From Squalus acanthias (Eukaryota): a DNA stretch of 64,000 nt. A program made the translations under genes and the position numbers. Within the stretch, counting starts at the first letter, position 1; each line of letters begins with the position of its first letter. The DNA lies in the NCBI GenBank assembly GCA_030390025.1, contig CM059431.1:134480001-134544000 (forward strand), written 5' to 3'. Under the pieces are notes generated by a model. It was not told the DNA's origin. It was given only the letters and a program-made list of their open reading frames with translations, and did no database searches. This document shows positions 12,010 through 25,843 of this stretch, piece by piece.

Positions 12010-14407
12010 GGCCTAGAAATTGGATATAGCCCGAAAACGGGTGGTGTCACGGGCCAGTGCTATTTGCCTGCATTGTAGCACAGGCGGAAGTGACCCAATG
12101 TCTCAGTGCTGCAGTGGAAGCGCAGACTGCTCTCCTGCAGGGTCAGCTTGCTGCCGCGCAAGCTCAAATTGCTGCCATCGTCGCTGGGTTTATGAGTCTC
12201 AAAAGGGTCTTGCAGGGTGTCGCAGCAGGCCAGTAATCTGTCCTCCAGCAGATTGCTAGGAATGCTGTAGCGCCACCACGGGGAAGTGGCAGTGAGTCTG
12301 TGGAGCAAAAACCTGCTGTCCTCTCTCAGGATGACAACATTCCTACTTCCACTCCGCTATTGCCCTTGCCGCTGCCTATCAGCCAGCCAGCCCAGACTGC
12401 TGCCGCCCATGCCGAGGTGGTGCAGTCTACAGCCGGGCTTTCTAGGTCCACAACTGTTCGAGGTCATCGTGCAAGGCCATCAGTAGTCTCCCCCACTGAA
12501 AGTCAGCAGCCTTCCACCAGCCATGCTGCAGCCACTGGGGGGAGCACTGTGTAGCAGCACTAGAGTAGGTAAAGACACATGAAGGACAGACACTAAGGGA
12601 ATGCATACGGGTGAATAGTTGATAGTCATTTTGATTGCATTTAGATAAATTTATGATTTTTGTTTGGAATGTGTGTTTTGTGGTGCTTCTCCTGTCAGCT
12701 TTGTGCCCAGGAGGACTCTGTGATGTTCCGTGACAGAGGAATGGTAAGATGGGGAAGTGGTGAGCAACAGGGATCTGGGGTTTCATTCACTGGAATCGGA
12801 GTGTGATGAGGTGATCACGGACAGCCCATCCGGAACGGGAATTTGCTGCCTGCCTCCTTCCTCTCTCCTCTTCCTCTTCCTCCTCCTCCTGAAGTGGTGC
12901 CGCAATCCTTGGTGGCAAGGGCTGCGCCCTCATGATGGCCAAGTTGTGGAACATGCAGCAGATGACGACGAAATGTGACACCCGCTCTGGCGAGTACTGG
13001 AGGGCTCCTCCCGAGCGGTCAAGGTAGTGGAACCGTTGCTTGAGCAACCTGATGGTCTGCTCAGTGATGTTCCTGGTGGCAGCATGGCTGTCATTATATG
13101 AGTGCTGGGCACGAGTGGTGGGGTTGTGGAGGGGAGTCATCAGCCAAGTGGAGAGCGGATAGCCCTTGTCTCCGAGCAGCCCCCCTCAGGTGTGACATGG
13201 TGGCTGGAAGATTGCTGGCACACCAGAATGGCACAGGATGAAAGTATCATGACTGCTGTCAGGATAGCGGGCATTCACCATCATGATGCGCTGGGTGTGG
13301 TCACACAACAACTGCAGATTAAGAGAGTGGTAACCTTTGCGGTTACAGAACATCTCAGGATTGTTATACAGCGCCCGCAAAGCAATCGATGGTGCCCTGC
13401 ACCATGGGGAAGCCCGCTATCCTGGGGATGCCACATGTGCGCTCGTCCTGCTTCTCTCTGCTCAAAGAGAAGAAAAGGTAGTCCCTTCTCCTGGAGTAGA
13501 GAGCCTCAGTGACCTCCCAGATGCATCGATGGACGGCGAACTCTGAGATGTTCGCTCTGTCTCCTGCTGCAAACTGGAAGGATCCGCTGGCGAAGAAATT
13601 GAGGGCCACGGTGACATGGACTGCTACTGGGCGAGCCATGGTCACCCTGCTCTCAGGCTGCAGGTCTGGTTGTAGGAGGTGGCATACTTCTGTGACCACC
13701 TCCTTGCTGATGTGGAGGCTTCTAATACACTGTTCCTTGCTTAAGTGGCTCTCGGAATACCCTAGGTGGGTAAGGCCTCTTGCTGAGAACCCTCCTGGTC
13801 CTCCTTCTCCTCCCTCTGCGAGCATCTTCTCCTCTTCTTCGCTGCCTCCACTCCCTCTCCCGAAGATACTCGAGCGTGAGGGGGACTGCATGTGGAGTCC
13901 CTAAGACTGTGAGCAAGTGGTGTGAGCAGAAGCCTTTAAATAAGAATTAAGGCATTCCCCACTTGCAGCAACACTCCCTATGACCTCAGTATCTTTAAAC
14001 AAGTTTAGAAAGCTGCTGAAGTTGCAGAAACTTAGACAGTGGCAGTAAAACTGAAAAACCATGACAGCTGTAAGTTGTTGATGATGATCCCTTTAAATAG
14101 CACTGCTGGGGGCTCCTTCCTGCTGCTGAACACTTGATCAGCTGCTCGTGATTAAAAGAAGGTGGTAAGTGGAGCGGCGACATCGAAAATGGCAGATTGT
14201 GCGTCAAATCAGTGTTGCACATTCATTGACCTCACGCTCTGCCTCATTTCCATTTCTCTAGAGAGCGCTCGCAACAGCAGTGCTGCCGACCTGCCAAAAA
14301 TGGCGGCCGCTGTGGGACCTGCCGGAAGTGGGTCAAAGCAAGTTGACCACCATTTTTTCATCAAGGTGGGCCTCAACGGCAGTGCTAAACCCCCGAATTT
14401 CTAGGCC
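12010..14407. mobile_element. PIF/Harbinger DNA transposon, internally deleted
   Basis: Perfect 12-bp TIRs GGCCTAGAAATT/AATTTCTAGGCC; 3-bp TSD TAG; transposase remnant on minus strand, 3' part of second gene on plus strand. Confidence 0.9.
12787..13891 (-). pseudogene. HARBI1-like DDE transposase, frameshifted
   Basis: [51 protein letters not shown] and CCMFHN motifs spread over three frames. Confidence 0.88.
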
Positions 14408-14927
14408 TAGAAGTTTCCCCACCACCGACGTTAGGCTGACTAGCCTGTAGTTTATCCCTCTTTCCTTTTTTGAACAGGGGTGTAACATTTGCAATCCTCT
14501 GGCACCACACCCATATCCAAGGAGGATTGAAAGATTATGGCTAGTGCCTCCGCTATTTCCACCTTTAATTCCCTCAGCAACCTAGGATGCATTCCATCTG
14601 GACTGGGTGACTTTTTTACCTTGAGCACTTCCAACTGTTTTAGTACCTTCTCTTTATCTATTTTTACCCTATCCAATTTCTCTACCCCCCTCCTCCATTA
14701 CTGTAACACTGGCAGCATCCTCTTGTTTAGTGAAGACAGACGCAATGTACTCATTTAGTATCTTACCGGCTGCCGGGCAGTAGGCGGCCTACAATATGTT
14801 AATGAAGCCCTGCCGTTAAGATTGCCAGGGTCTCCATGTCCCCAGCCTTACCAGATTCTTTGGCCTTCCCCACACCCACCCCATCTCACAATTAATATCG
14901 GGGCCATTGTGTCATCAAAATCCTAAC

Positions 14928-15029
14928 CTCAAAAATCGCTCATACAGATGTCCGGATGCAACAGAGAAAATGTTAAGGATGTCATCTTTCTCATTTTCAG
15001 ACTGATCGGATCTGAAACCTTCTGCAAAG
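14928..15029 (-). CDS. UGGT2: UGGT2 coding exon (S-FAEGFRSDQSENEKDDILNIFSVASGHLYERFL-R)
   Basis: Contains NIFSVASGHLYERFL at the start of the GT24 domain; CAG acceptor, GTTAGG donor; 102 nt. Confidence 0.95.
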
Positions 15030-16407
15030 CTGAAGCACAGGAAGGAAAATCACTTGATATTGAACGAAACTTCAAACAATTACACAGAACTTACATCAGC
15101 AGAGGTCACACTGAGCTGCACAATTTGAGCTCTGGGCCTGAATTCTGATCACAGCATAAATTTATTTATTTGAACATTTGATTAAAACTGTTGCAAGCGA
15201 TTTTATATCCATGTAGGTTTTGCTTTTCAATGGGCATTTGATGTAGCTGAATTGAAAATGTTCATATTCTATTTGCTGCTACGCTGAGATAGCCCAAATT
15301 GAAAATGGCCAAATTTAGACAAGATTTACTAAATTAATACAGATCACTGACTGTACACATTCTTAGTATTTAACAACTTTATTAACACCTTTTCATTTTG
15401 CTACAATATATATCAGATTATTTCAGTAATTTGACATCAAGCATTATTGTTGTAAATAAATCTTATTGAGTTAATACAATTGACCAAACATATATTGTAA
15501 CACATTAGACAGATTACACTGAAATGTCATTGCAGAACAGAATTCCATTGGCTTGAAGTTTTTTAAAATACACTTTCCTGGATTAACTTAGTTTACTCAT
15601 GCAAGCACCAAAGAGTTCTGGGGCTCACCGATAAATGTATTCATCTGTTCACAGTCCTTCCTATTTTGGATACACATGCTAATCTAATCTTCTTGCCTCA
15701 TACTGTCTTTTAAAATGAGCCAGCTTTTAACCAATCAAAAGCCAAGTTTGTACAATTTCTTCCATCTAGTGAAACTCCTCTGCACCCTCTCCAAGGCCTT
15801 GACATCCTTCCTAAAGTGTGTTGCCCAGAATTGGTCACAATACTCCAGTTGAGGCCTATCCAGTGTTTTATAATGATTTAGCATAACTTCCTTACTTCAG
15901 TACTCTATGCCTCTATTTATAAAGCCAAGGATCCCATATGCTTTTTTCACAGCCTTCTCAACTTGTCCTTCAAAGATTTGTGTATGTAATCCCCAGGTCT
16001 CTCTGTTTCTGCATCCCTTTTAAAATTGTACCATTTTGTTTATATTGCCTCTCCCCATTCTTCCTACCAAAATGCATCCCTTCACACTAATCTGTGTTAA
16101 ATTACATCTGCCATGTGTCTGCCCATTTCACCAGTCTATATCCTCCTGAAATCTGTTAATATCCTCCTCACTGTTTACTACATTTCTGAGTTTTGTGTCA
16201 TCTGCAAACTTTTGAAATTATGCCCTGTATACCCAATTCCAGGTCATTAATATATATCAAAAACAGCAGTGGTTCCAATACCAATCCCTGGGGGACACCA
16301 TTGTATATGTCCCTGCAGTCTGAAAAGCAACCGTTAACCACTACTCTCTGCTTTCTGTCTCTAAATTTCCTTTAATTCCCAAGGGCTTCAATTTTGCTAA
16401 CAGATTC

Positions 16408-16815
16408 AGCCATGGTTCAGTTGGTAGAACTCTCAGCTCTGAGTGAGAAGGTTGAGGGTTCAAGTCCCACTCCAGGACTTGAGCACAAAAATCTAGGTTG
16501 ACACGCCAGTGCAGTACTGAGGGAGTTAAACCTGCTCTCTCAGGTGGACACAAAAGATCCCGTGGCACTATTTCGAAGAACAGCAGGGGAGTTATCCGCG
16601 GTCCTGGCCAATAGTTATCGCTCAATCAACATCACTAAAACAGATTATCTGATCATTGTCACATTGCTGTTTGTGGGAGCTTCCTGTGTGCAAATTGGCT
16701 GCCGCGTTTCCTACATTACAGCACTTCAAAAAGTACTGCATTGGCTATTAAGTGCTTTGGGATGCCCTGAGGTCATGAAAAGCGCAGTATAAATGCAAGT
16801 CTTTTTTTCTTTTCT
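16408..16815 (+). mobile_element. tRNA-derived DeuSINE (SacSINE1-like)
   Basis: A box TGGTTCAGTTGG, B box GGTTCAAGTCC, Deu-like body (GATCCCGTGGCACTATTTCGAAGAA...GTCCTGGCCAATA), L2-like tail with T-run; CTAACA on both flanks. Confidence 0.75.
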
Positions 16816-16867
16816 TTCTAACAATTCTACTATGTGGTACTTTATCAAACGCCTTTTGAAAGTCCTT

Positions 16868-17626
16868 GGGGGAGAAATTCATTATAGCCCCGTTTGGGCC
16901 ACTACCTTTTAAAAGTTGAAAATATTAGCGCCAGGCGCTAATGTCTTTCAACTTTTAAAAAATTTGGTTTTGTGCTCCAGGAAGGAAGTGGAGCGCTAAA
17001 TCAAGTGCTCCACTTCCTTCCTGGAGCGCAACAGGCAGCAGGCGGGACAGAAGTTGTGCAGCGCTGCACACTGGGCCGAGCAGCGCTGCCGCGTCGGAAG
17101 GCTCCTTCCCTCCCTGAAAGGGAAGGGTCATCGCTGCAGGCTCTGCAAGGGCAAACCTTACCTGGTTCCTGACAGCAGCGGCGATCTGGCCTGATCAGCC
17201 CGATGCACTGCAGCAGAGTGCCGGGCTGATCCATCGCTGGAGAAGAAAAATGAAAAAAAGCCTGAAACAGCATTTCACAATTTTTTCCACTTACCTCGGC
17301 CATCTCACCTTTAAGTATGGCCCCCGAAGCGCCCGGCCTCCTGATGAACGCCTCCTGCAGCTGCCGATGTTTTCTCCCAGTGATGCTGCAGGGGGCAGAA
17401 CCGAAGTTCGGGTCCGGGGCGCTACCGGGGCGATGCGCGCAGTGATGATGTCACGATCTCCGGGCGAAGGAGATCGGGGCGCAATGCCATACCGCTGCTG
17501 CAAACGTCCCGCCGAATATAGCGGGAGTCGATCTTCTCGCTGCGCCCAGTCGGTAAGTGATTAGCGCCCCGTTATCGCCCCCCGGAGGCGATAACGGGAG
17601 GCGCAAAGGTACCCAATTTCTCCCCC
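16868..17626. mobile_element. Harbinger MITE (GGGGGAGAAATT family)
   Basis: TIRs GGGGGAGAAATT/AATTTCTCCCCC; highly similar to 40562-41260. Confidence 0.85.
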
Positions 17627-18391
17627 AGATACGCAACATCAACCGTACTACCCTCACCAACCCGCTGCATTAATTCATCAAAGAGCTCAATCACATTTGT
17701 CAAACACGATTTGCCTTTAACAAATTCGCGCTGGTTGTCATTTATTAACCCATGTTTTTCCAAGTGATAATTAATTTTGTCCCGGATATTAGTGTCAAAG
17801 TTTCCCCACCAGCGACGTTTGGCTGACTGGTCTGCAGTTGCCAAGTTTATCCCTCTCCCCTTTTTTGAACAGGTTGTAACATTTGCAAGCCTTCAGTCCT
17901 CTGGTACAACTCCCATATCAAAGGAGGATTGGAAGATTGTGGCCAGAGCCTCCGCTATCTCTACCCTTACTATCCTCAGCAACCTAGGATGCATTCCATC
18001 TGGACCGGGTGAATTTTCTATTTTGAATGCTGCCAACCTTTTAAGTACCTCCTCTTGATCTATTTTTATCCTATCCAATTTCTCTACTACCTCCTCCTTT
18101 ACTGTGACATTGGCAGCATCCTTTTCTTTATTGAAGACAAATGTAAAGTACTAGTTTTGTACCTCAGCCATGGCTTTAGACTCCACAAGAAAATTTCCTT
18201 TTTAGTCCCTTCACTTTATATGTGTGCCCTTTTACGTCACCCGCTAATCTTTTCTCATACACTCTATTTGCCTCTTTTATTTCCTTTTTCACTTCTCCTT
18301 TATACTTTCTGTATTCTGCTTGATTCTCTACTGTATTATGAACCTGACATTTATCATAAGCCTCCTTTTACTGTTTCACTTTAAACTCTAT

Positions 18392-20015
18392 GGGAGCTAA
18401 ATTGAATAGCCCTTGAAAACATGCACGGGGATCGCGATGCGCGATTACCCCATGCCCGTTCGATGCAATGCAGGTAGGACAGCATCTTCCTGCTGCCTGC
18501 TCGTTATCTTGATTTCTGCATGCAACCAGAGCACGAACCTGCTGTCCTCTCTCAGGAGTACAGCATTCGTGATCCCACCCCTGCCTCACTGCCAGTTCTC
18601 TTGCTGTTGCCTGTCAGCCAAGGGCAATTAGGGATGGGCAATAAATGCTGGCCTTGCCAGTGATGCACACACCCCATGAATGAGTAAAAAAAAGCCAGCC
18701 CAAACTGGAGCCACCATGCCGAGGTGGTGCAGTCCAAAGCCGGACCTTCTGGGCCTACAGTTGCTCGAGGTCGTCCTCCAAGGCCATCTACAGTCTCCTC
18801 CACTGAAAGTCAGCAGCCTTCCATCAGCTATGCTGCAGCCATTGGTGTAGCACTGTAGGAGCACTAGGACAGGCAAAGGCACACGGAAGACAGGCAATAA
18901 GGGAAAGCGCAAGGGTGAGTAGTTTAATTTTGTATGCAATATTGCAGATTTAATTTATAAATTTGGTTTGGAATATGTTGGCTTTTTTTTGCATTGTGGC
19001 CAAGAGGACGATGCGATGGTCAGTGATAGGGGGAAGGTCAGAAGTGTGGGACTGTTGTTGAATGGGTTGAGATTACTGGTATCGCACTTGAATTAGTTCT
19101 TCACGTACTGCCCGAGCAGAAAGGGGTTGTCTAGGTTGCAGACTCACTTCCTCCTCTTCTGCCTCCTCCTCTTTGTCCTGATGCTCTTGCTCCTCAGTTT
19201 GATAGGTGGTGCCAAGGTTGTGCAGAATGCAGCATGCCCATACAAATCTTGAGACTCAGTCAGCCGAGTACTGCAGGCAGCGGAATTGTTGCTTCAGCAC
19301 ACCAATGGTGTGCTCGATTATATTTCTTCTGGCAGCTTGGCTCTCACTATATGCATGCTGCGCACATGTGCCTGGGTTACAAAACGGAGTCATGAGCCAT
19401 GTCGTCAGCAGATTGACCTTGTCGCCCAGTAGCCACCCTTCGGTTTGCCATTGTGGCTGAAATACAATGGCACAGAGGACTGCCGCAGAGTGAAAGCATC
19501 ATGACTGCTGCCAGGATACCGGGCATTGACCTGCGCTGCCTACGGTCACTCATGTTGAAGTCGGTTCAGGTACATGGCAGAGTTGACATGAGGCGCCAGT
19601 AAAGGAAGGTGCGTGCATTCAATGACACTGCACCATGGGGAAGCCTGCAAGCCTTGCAAACTCTTTTGCTCACGTCGCCTGTGTCTCTCTGACAAGAGGG
19701 AATGAAATTAAGTTATCTCTCTTTGAATAGAGAGCCTCAGCGACCTCCCTTCTGTAACAGTGGACGGCAAACTGCGAGATGTTGCTAATATCTCCAGCAC
19801 CAGCCTGGAAGGAGCCAGACGCATAGAAGTTCATGGCCACGGTCACCTTCACAGACACTGGCAATGCGGTCCTTGCCCTGCTCTGAGGATAGAGTTGTGG
19901 CCGCAGTAGATGGCGGATTTCAGTGCCACCCTCCTTAGTGAAGCGCAAACGTCTCAACCATTGGTCGTCGCTGAGGTTCAGGTGGGAGAATTGCTCCCTG
20001 AACACCCAGGGCGCA
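18392..20015. mobile_element. Degenerate Harbinger element (Myb/SANT gene tail on +, transposase remnant on -)
   Basis: Left end GGGAGCTAAATT; ORF 19670..20005 AMNFYASGSFQ; collinear with 33994-41990; right end not found. Confidence 0.75.
18621..18693 (+). mobile_element. Short retroposon 3' tail insertion
   Basis: GGGCAATTAGGGATGGGCAATAAATGCTGG...poly(A) interrupts the Harbinger sequence, with AGCCA on both sides. Confidence 0.6.
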
Positions 20016-20145
20016 CAGCGGTGGGAAATTTAAAACACTGATCTACCGAGCTGCTAGAGATAACGCTCGGGATAGGAATCACAAAATTTGGGAGATTCCC
20101 AGAGGGTTTGGAACCCTGGTCCTTGCCCCATACTTCACTACATAT

Positions 20146-23100
20146 CATAGAATCATAGAAATTTACGGCCATTCGGCCCATTGCATCTGTGCTGGCCAAA
20201 AAAGAGCTAACCAGCCTAATCCCACTTTACTGCTCTTGGTCCGTAGCCCTGTAGGTTACGGTACTTCAAGTGCATATCCAAGTACTTTTTAAATGTGATG
20301 ACGGTTTCTACCTCTACCACCCTTTCAGGCAGTGAGTTCCAGACCCCCACCAACCTCCTCAACCCCCCTCTAATCCTTCTACCAATTACTTTAAATCTAT
20401 GCCCCCTGGTTATTGACCTCTCTGCTAGGGGAAATAGGTCCTTCCTATCCACTCTATCTAGGCCCCTCATAATTTTATACACCTCAATTAAATCTCCCTT
20501 CAGCCTCCTCTGTTACAAAGAAAACAACCCCAACCTATCCAATCTTTCCTCATAGCTAAAATTCTCCAGTCCTGGCAACATCCTCGGAAATCTCCTCTGT
20601 ACCCTCTCTAGTGCAATCACATTATTCCTATAGTGTGGTGACCAGAACTGTATGCAGTACTATAGCTGTGGCCTAACTCGTGTTTTATACAGTTCTAGCA
20701 TAACCTCCCTGCTCTTATATTCTATGCCTCGGCTAATAAAGGAAAGTATCCCGTATGCCTTCTAAACAAATCTTATCTACCTGTCCTGCTACCTTCAGGG
20801 ATCTGTGGAATGCACTCCAAGGTCTCTCTATTCCTCTACACTTCTCAGTGTCCTACCATTTATTATGTATTCCCTTGCCTTGTTAGCCCTCCCCAAATGC
20901 ATTACCTCACACTTCTCCGGATTGAATTCCATTTGCCACTTCCTGCCCAGCTGACTAGTCCATTGATATCTATCTGCAGTCTACAGCTTTATTCCTCACT
21001 ATCAACCACACGGCCAATTTTTGTATCTTCTGCAAACTTCTTAATCATGCCCCCTACATTGAAGTCTAAATCATTGATATATACCACAAAAAGCAAGGGA
21101 CCCAGTACTGAGCCCTGCAGAACCCCACTAGAAACAGCGTTCCGGTCACAAAAACACCCGTCGACCATTACCCTTTGCTTCCTGCCACTGAGCCAATTTT
21201 GAATCCAACTTGCCACTTTTCCTTGGATCCCATGGACTTTTACTTTTCTGACCAGTCTGCCATGTGGGACCTTGTCAATAGTCTTCCCAATATCAATGTA
21301 GACTACATCATAGAATCATAGAATGGTTACAGCACAGAAGGAGGCCATTCGGACCGTTGAGCCTGCGCTGGCTCTCTGCAAGAGCACTTCAGCTAGTCCC
21401 ACTCCCCCGCCCTTTTCCTGTAGCCCTGCAAATTGTTTTCCTTCAGGTACTTATCCAATTCCCGTTTGAAAGCCACAATTCAATCTGCCTCCACCACCCT
21501 TTCAGGCAGTGAATTGCAGATCCTAACCACTCGCTGCGTAAAAAAGTTTTTCCTCATGTCGCCTTTGGTTCTTCTGCCAATCATCTTAAATCTGTGTCCT
21601 CTGGTTCTCAACCCTTCCGCCAATGGGAACAGTTTCACTCTATCTACTCTGTCTAAACCCCTCATGATTTTGAACAACTCTATCAGGTCTATCCACGTAA
21701 CTGAAGTCCCTCATCCCTGGAAGCATTCTTGTAAATCTTTTCTGCACCCTCGCTAAGGCTTTCACATCCTTCCTAAAGTGCAGTGCCCAGAATTGGCCAC
21801 AATACTCCAGTTGAGGCCGAACCAGTGTTTTATAAAGGTTCATCATAACTTCCTTGCTTTTGTACTCTATGCCTCTATTTATGAAGCCCAGGATCCCGTA
21901 TGCTTTTTTTAACCGCTTTCTCAACCTGGCCTGCCACCTTCAACGATTTGTGCACATATACCCCCAGGTCGCTCTGTTCATGCACCATTTTTAGGATTGT
22001 ACCCTTTAGTTTATATTGCCTCTCCTTGTTCTTCCTACCAAAATGTATCACTTTGCACTTTTCTGCATTAAATTTCATCTGCCACGTGTCCGCCCATTTC
22101 ACCAGCCTGTCTATGTCCTCTTGAAGTCTATCACTATCCTCCTCACTGTTGACTATACTTCCAAGTTTTGTGTCAACTGCAAATTTTGAAATTGTGCCCT
22201 GTACACCCAAGTCCAAGTCATTAATATATATCAAGAAAAGGTACACCCTGTGTACCTTCCTCCAGTCTAAAAAACAACCGTTCACCACTACTCTCTGTTT
22301 CCTATCACTTAGCCAATTCCGTATCCATGCTGCCACTGTTCCTTTTATTCCATGGGCTTCAACTTTGCTGGCAAGCCTATTATGTGGCACTTTATTAAAT
22401 GCCTTTTGGAAGTCCATGTACACCACATCAACCCTTTCTGTTACCTCATCAAAAAACTCGATCAAGTTAGTTAAACACGATTTGCCTTTAACAAATCCGT
22501 GCTGGCTTTCCTTAATTAATCCATACTTGTCTAAGTGACTGCTAATTTTGTCCCGGATTATCGTTTCTTAAAGCTTCCCCACTACCGAGGTTAAACTGAC
22601 TGGCCTGTAGTTGCTGGGTTTATCCTTACACCCTTCTTTGAACAAGGGTGTAACATTTGCAATTCTCCAGTCCTCTGGCACCAGCCCCGTATCCAAGGAG
22701 GATTGGAAGGTTACGGCCAGTACCTCCGCAATTTCGACCTTTACTTCCCTCAGCATCCTAGGATGCATCCCATCCGGTCCTGGAAACTTATCTACTTTAA
22801 GTACAGCCAGCCTTTCGCACTCCTGCTTATCAATTTTTATCCCATCCAGTATCTCAACTACCTCCTCTTTCACTATGACTTTTGCAGCATCTTCTTCCTT
22901 GGTAAAGACATGCAAAGTACTCATTTAGTACCTCAGCCATGCCCTCTGTCTCTATGCGTAGGTCTCCATTTTGGTCCCTAATCAGCCCCACCCCTCCTCT
23001 TACTATCCGTTTACTATTTATATGCCTATGGAAGACTTTCGGATTCCCTTTTATGTTAGCTGCCAATCTATTCTTATACTCTCTCTTTGCCCCTCTTATT

Positions 23101-23250
23101 TCCTTTTTCATTTCCCCTCTGAAATTTCTATATTCAGCCTGATTCTCACTTGTATTCTGAACATGACATCTGTCATACACCCCCTTTTTCTGCTTCATCT
23201 TACTCTCTATCTCTTTCGTCATCCAGGGAGATCTGACTTTGGTTGCCCGA
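20146..23250 (-). mobile_element. Two tandem CR1 LINE fragments (junction near 21308)
   Basis: Two (CATAGAAT)n tails near 20146 and 21309; RT motifs in ORFs 20989..21216, 21875..22465 and 22568..22924. Confidence 0.85.
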
Positions 23251-24700
23251 CCTGTAATGAGAAAGGGCTAATCAATAATCTTGTGGTAAAGGGGCCTTTA
23301 GGGGCAAGTAACCATAATATGATTGAATTTTACATTAAGTTTGAGAGTGATGTAGTCCTATCTGAAACTAAGGTCTTCAATCTAAACAGAGGAAACTACA
23401 AGGGTATGAGGGACAAGTTGGTCATGGTAGATTGGGAGACTACACTAAAAGGTATGAAGGTGGACATGCAATGGCTAACATTCAAGGAAATAATGCATAA
23501 TTTGAAACAAACATATATTCCTCTAGGGCATAAAACCCCAAAAGGAATAGTGATCCAACCATGGTTAACAAAAGAAATTAAAGCTAGTATTAAGTCAAAG
23601 GAGGAAGCTTATAAAGTTGCCAGAAAAAGCGGTCAGCCTGAGGATTGGGATCTTTTTAGAAATCAGCAAAGGGGGACCAAGAAATTGATAAAGAAAGGGA
23701 AAATGGAATATGAGCACAAACTAGTGAAAAATATAAAAACGGATTGTAAAAGCTTCTATAGGTATGTGAAAAGGAAAAGACTGGCGAAGGTAAATGTAGG
23801 TCCTTTACAGTCAGAGACAGGAGAATTTATAATGGGGAATGAGGAAATGGCACGGATCAAACAAGAACAGTCAGCATGGATTTGTTAAGGGAAGGTCGTG
23901 TCTGAATAACTTGATTGAATTTTTTGCGGAGGTAACAAGGAGAGTAGCGCGATAATGGAGACCTGGCTTAAAAAAGGGCAGGATTGGGTACTAAATATTC
24001 CTGGATATAAGGTGTTCAGGAAAGATAGGGAAGGAAAGAAAGGAGGTGGGGTGGCAGTATTGTTAAGGAGAATATTACAGTGCTGGAGAGAGACGATGTC
24101 CTGGAGGGGTCAAGGACAGAATCTACTTGGTTAGAGTTAAGAAACAATAGAGATGCCATTACACTACTAGGTGTATTCTATAGGCTGCCAACTAGTGGGA
24201 AGGATATAGAGGAGCAAATTTGCAGGGAAATTACAGAGAGGTCCAAGAACTATAGAGTAATGAAAGTAGGGGGCTTCAACTATCCTAATATAGACTGGGA
24301 TAGTAATAGTGTAAAGGGCAGAGAGGGGGAAGAATTTCTGAAGTGTGTTCAGGAGAACTTTCTTGATCAGTACATTTCCAGCACAACGAGGAAGGAAGCA
24401 TTACTGGTTCTGGTTCTGGGGAATGAGGTGGATCAAGTAGAGAAAGTGTCAGTAGGGGAACATTTAGGGAACAGTGCTCACAGTATCATAAGGTTTAGAT
24501 TAGCTATGGAAAATGACAGGGTGCAATCTAGAGTAAAAATACTTAATTGGAGGAAGGCCAATTTCACTGGGTTGAGAACGGATCTGGCCCGGGTAAATTG
24601 GAATCAAAGATTGGCAGGCAAAACAGTAATGGAACAATGGATTGCCTTTAAAGAGGAGATGGTTCGGGTACAGTCGAGGTACATTCCCACGAGGGGGAAA
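23251..24700 (+). mobile_element. CR1 LINE endonuclease-region fragments
   Basis: GPLGASNH; ETW...RKDREGKKGGGV; GVFYRLP and FNYP APE motifs (ORF 24080..24760). Confidence 0.8.
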
Positions 24701-25843
24701 GAACATAAGAACATAAGAAATAGGAGCAGGAGTAGGCCATTCGGCCCTTCGAGTCAATGAGATCACGGCTGATCTTCTGCCTCAACTCCATTCCCCGGCC
24801 CTATCGCCACATCCCTTGATGCCCATACTAGTCAGAAATCTATCGACTTCTGTTTTGAATATACCCAATGACTGAGCCTCCACAGCCCTCTGGGGTAGAG
24901 AATTCCAAAGATTCACCAACCTCTGTGTGAAGAAATTTCTTCTCATCTCAGTCCTGAATGGCCTACCCTTTATCTTGAGGCTGTGGCCCCTGGTTCTAGA
25001 CTCCCCAGCTAAGGGAAACATTTTCCCAGCATCCACCCTATCAAGCCCTGTAATAATTTTGTATGCTTCAATGAGATCCCCTCTCATTCTTCTGAATTCA
25101 AGCGAATACAGGCCTAGTTTACTCAATCTCTTCTCATACGACAGTCCCGCCATCCCAGGAATCAATCTTGTGAACCTTCGTTGCACTCCCTCTATGGCAA
25201 GTATATCCTTCCTTAGGTAAGGAGACCAAAATTGTACACAGTACTCCAGGTGTGGTCTCACCAAGGCACGATATAATTGGAGTAAGACTTCTTTACTCCT
25301 GTACTCAAATCCTCTTGTAATGAAGGCCAGCATACCATTTGCCTTCCTAATGGCTTGCTGCACCTGCACATTCACTTTCAGTGACTCCTGTACAAGGACA
25401 CCCAGGTCCCTTTGAGAATCTGCATTCCCCAATCTTTCACCATTTAGGAAATAATCTGCCTTTCTGTTTTTTCTACCAAAGTGGATAACTTCACATTTAT
25501 CCACATTATAGTCCATCTGCCATGTTCTCGCCCACTCACTGAGCCTGTCGAGATCCCCTTGAAGCCTCTTCACATCCTCTTCGCAACTGACACTGTCACC
25601 TAGCTTTGTATCATCAGCAAATTTGGAAATGTTACATTTAGTCCCCTCATCCAAATCATTGATATAGATTGTGAATAGCTGCGGCCCAAGCACCGATCCT
25701 TGCGGTACCCCACTAGTCACAGCCTGCCATCCTGAAAAAGACCCGTTAATCCCTACTCTTTGTTTTCTGTCTGTTAACCAATTCTCAATCCATGCTAGTA
25801 TATTACCCCCAATTCCATGTGCCCTAATTTTGTTCACCAACCT
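24701..25843 (-). mobile_element. Young 5'-truncated CR1 with uninterrupted 352-aa RT C-terminal ORF
   Basis: ORF 24782..25840 with GVPQGS and FADD; 3' stem-loop and (TTCTTATG)n tail. Confidence 0.92.

Larger units (their letters stand above)
10724..14760 (-). mobile_element. Degenerate CR1 LINE split by a Harbinger insertion (12010-14407)
   Basis: ORF 10901..11272 (RT C-terminal region) and 14452..14676 (KSPSPDG); host sequence rejoins across the TAG duplication. Confidence 0.85.
15765..18385 (-). mobile_element. Degenerate CR1 LINE interrupted by a SINE and a MITE
   Basis: CR1 RT-region similarity on both sides of each insertion; ORF 17893..18078 contains SPGPDGMHPR. Confidence 0.8.

Noticed and set aside
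12787..13891. Domesticated HARBI1 or NAIF1 host genes
   Set aside because: Frameshifted, multi-copy and bounded by TIRs and TSDs, so transposon remnants.
21900..22928. Plus-strand ORFs here, and similar ORFs antisense to CR1s throughout the window
   Set aside because: Shadow ORFs of CR1 ORF2; no independent coding evidence.
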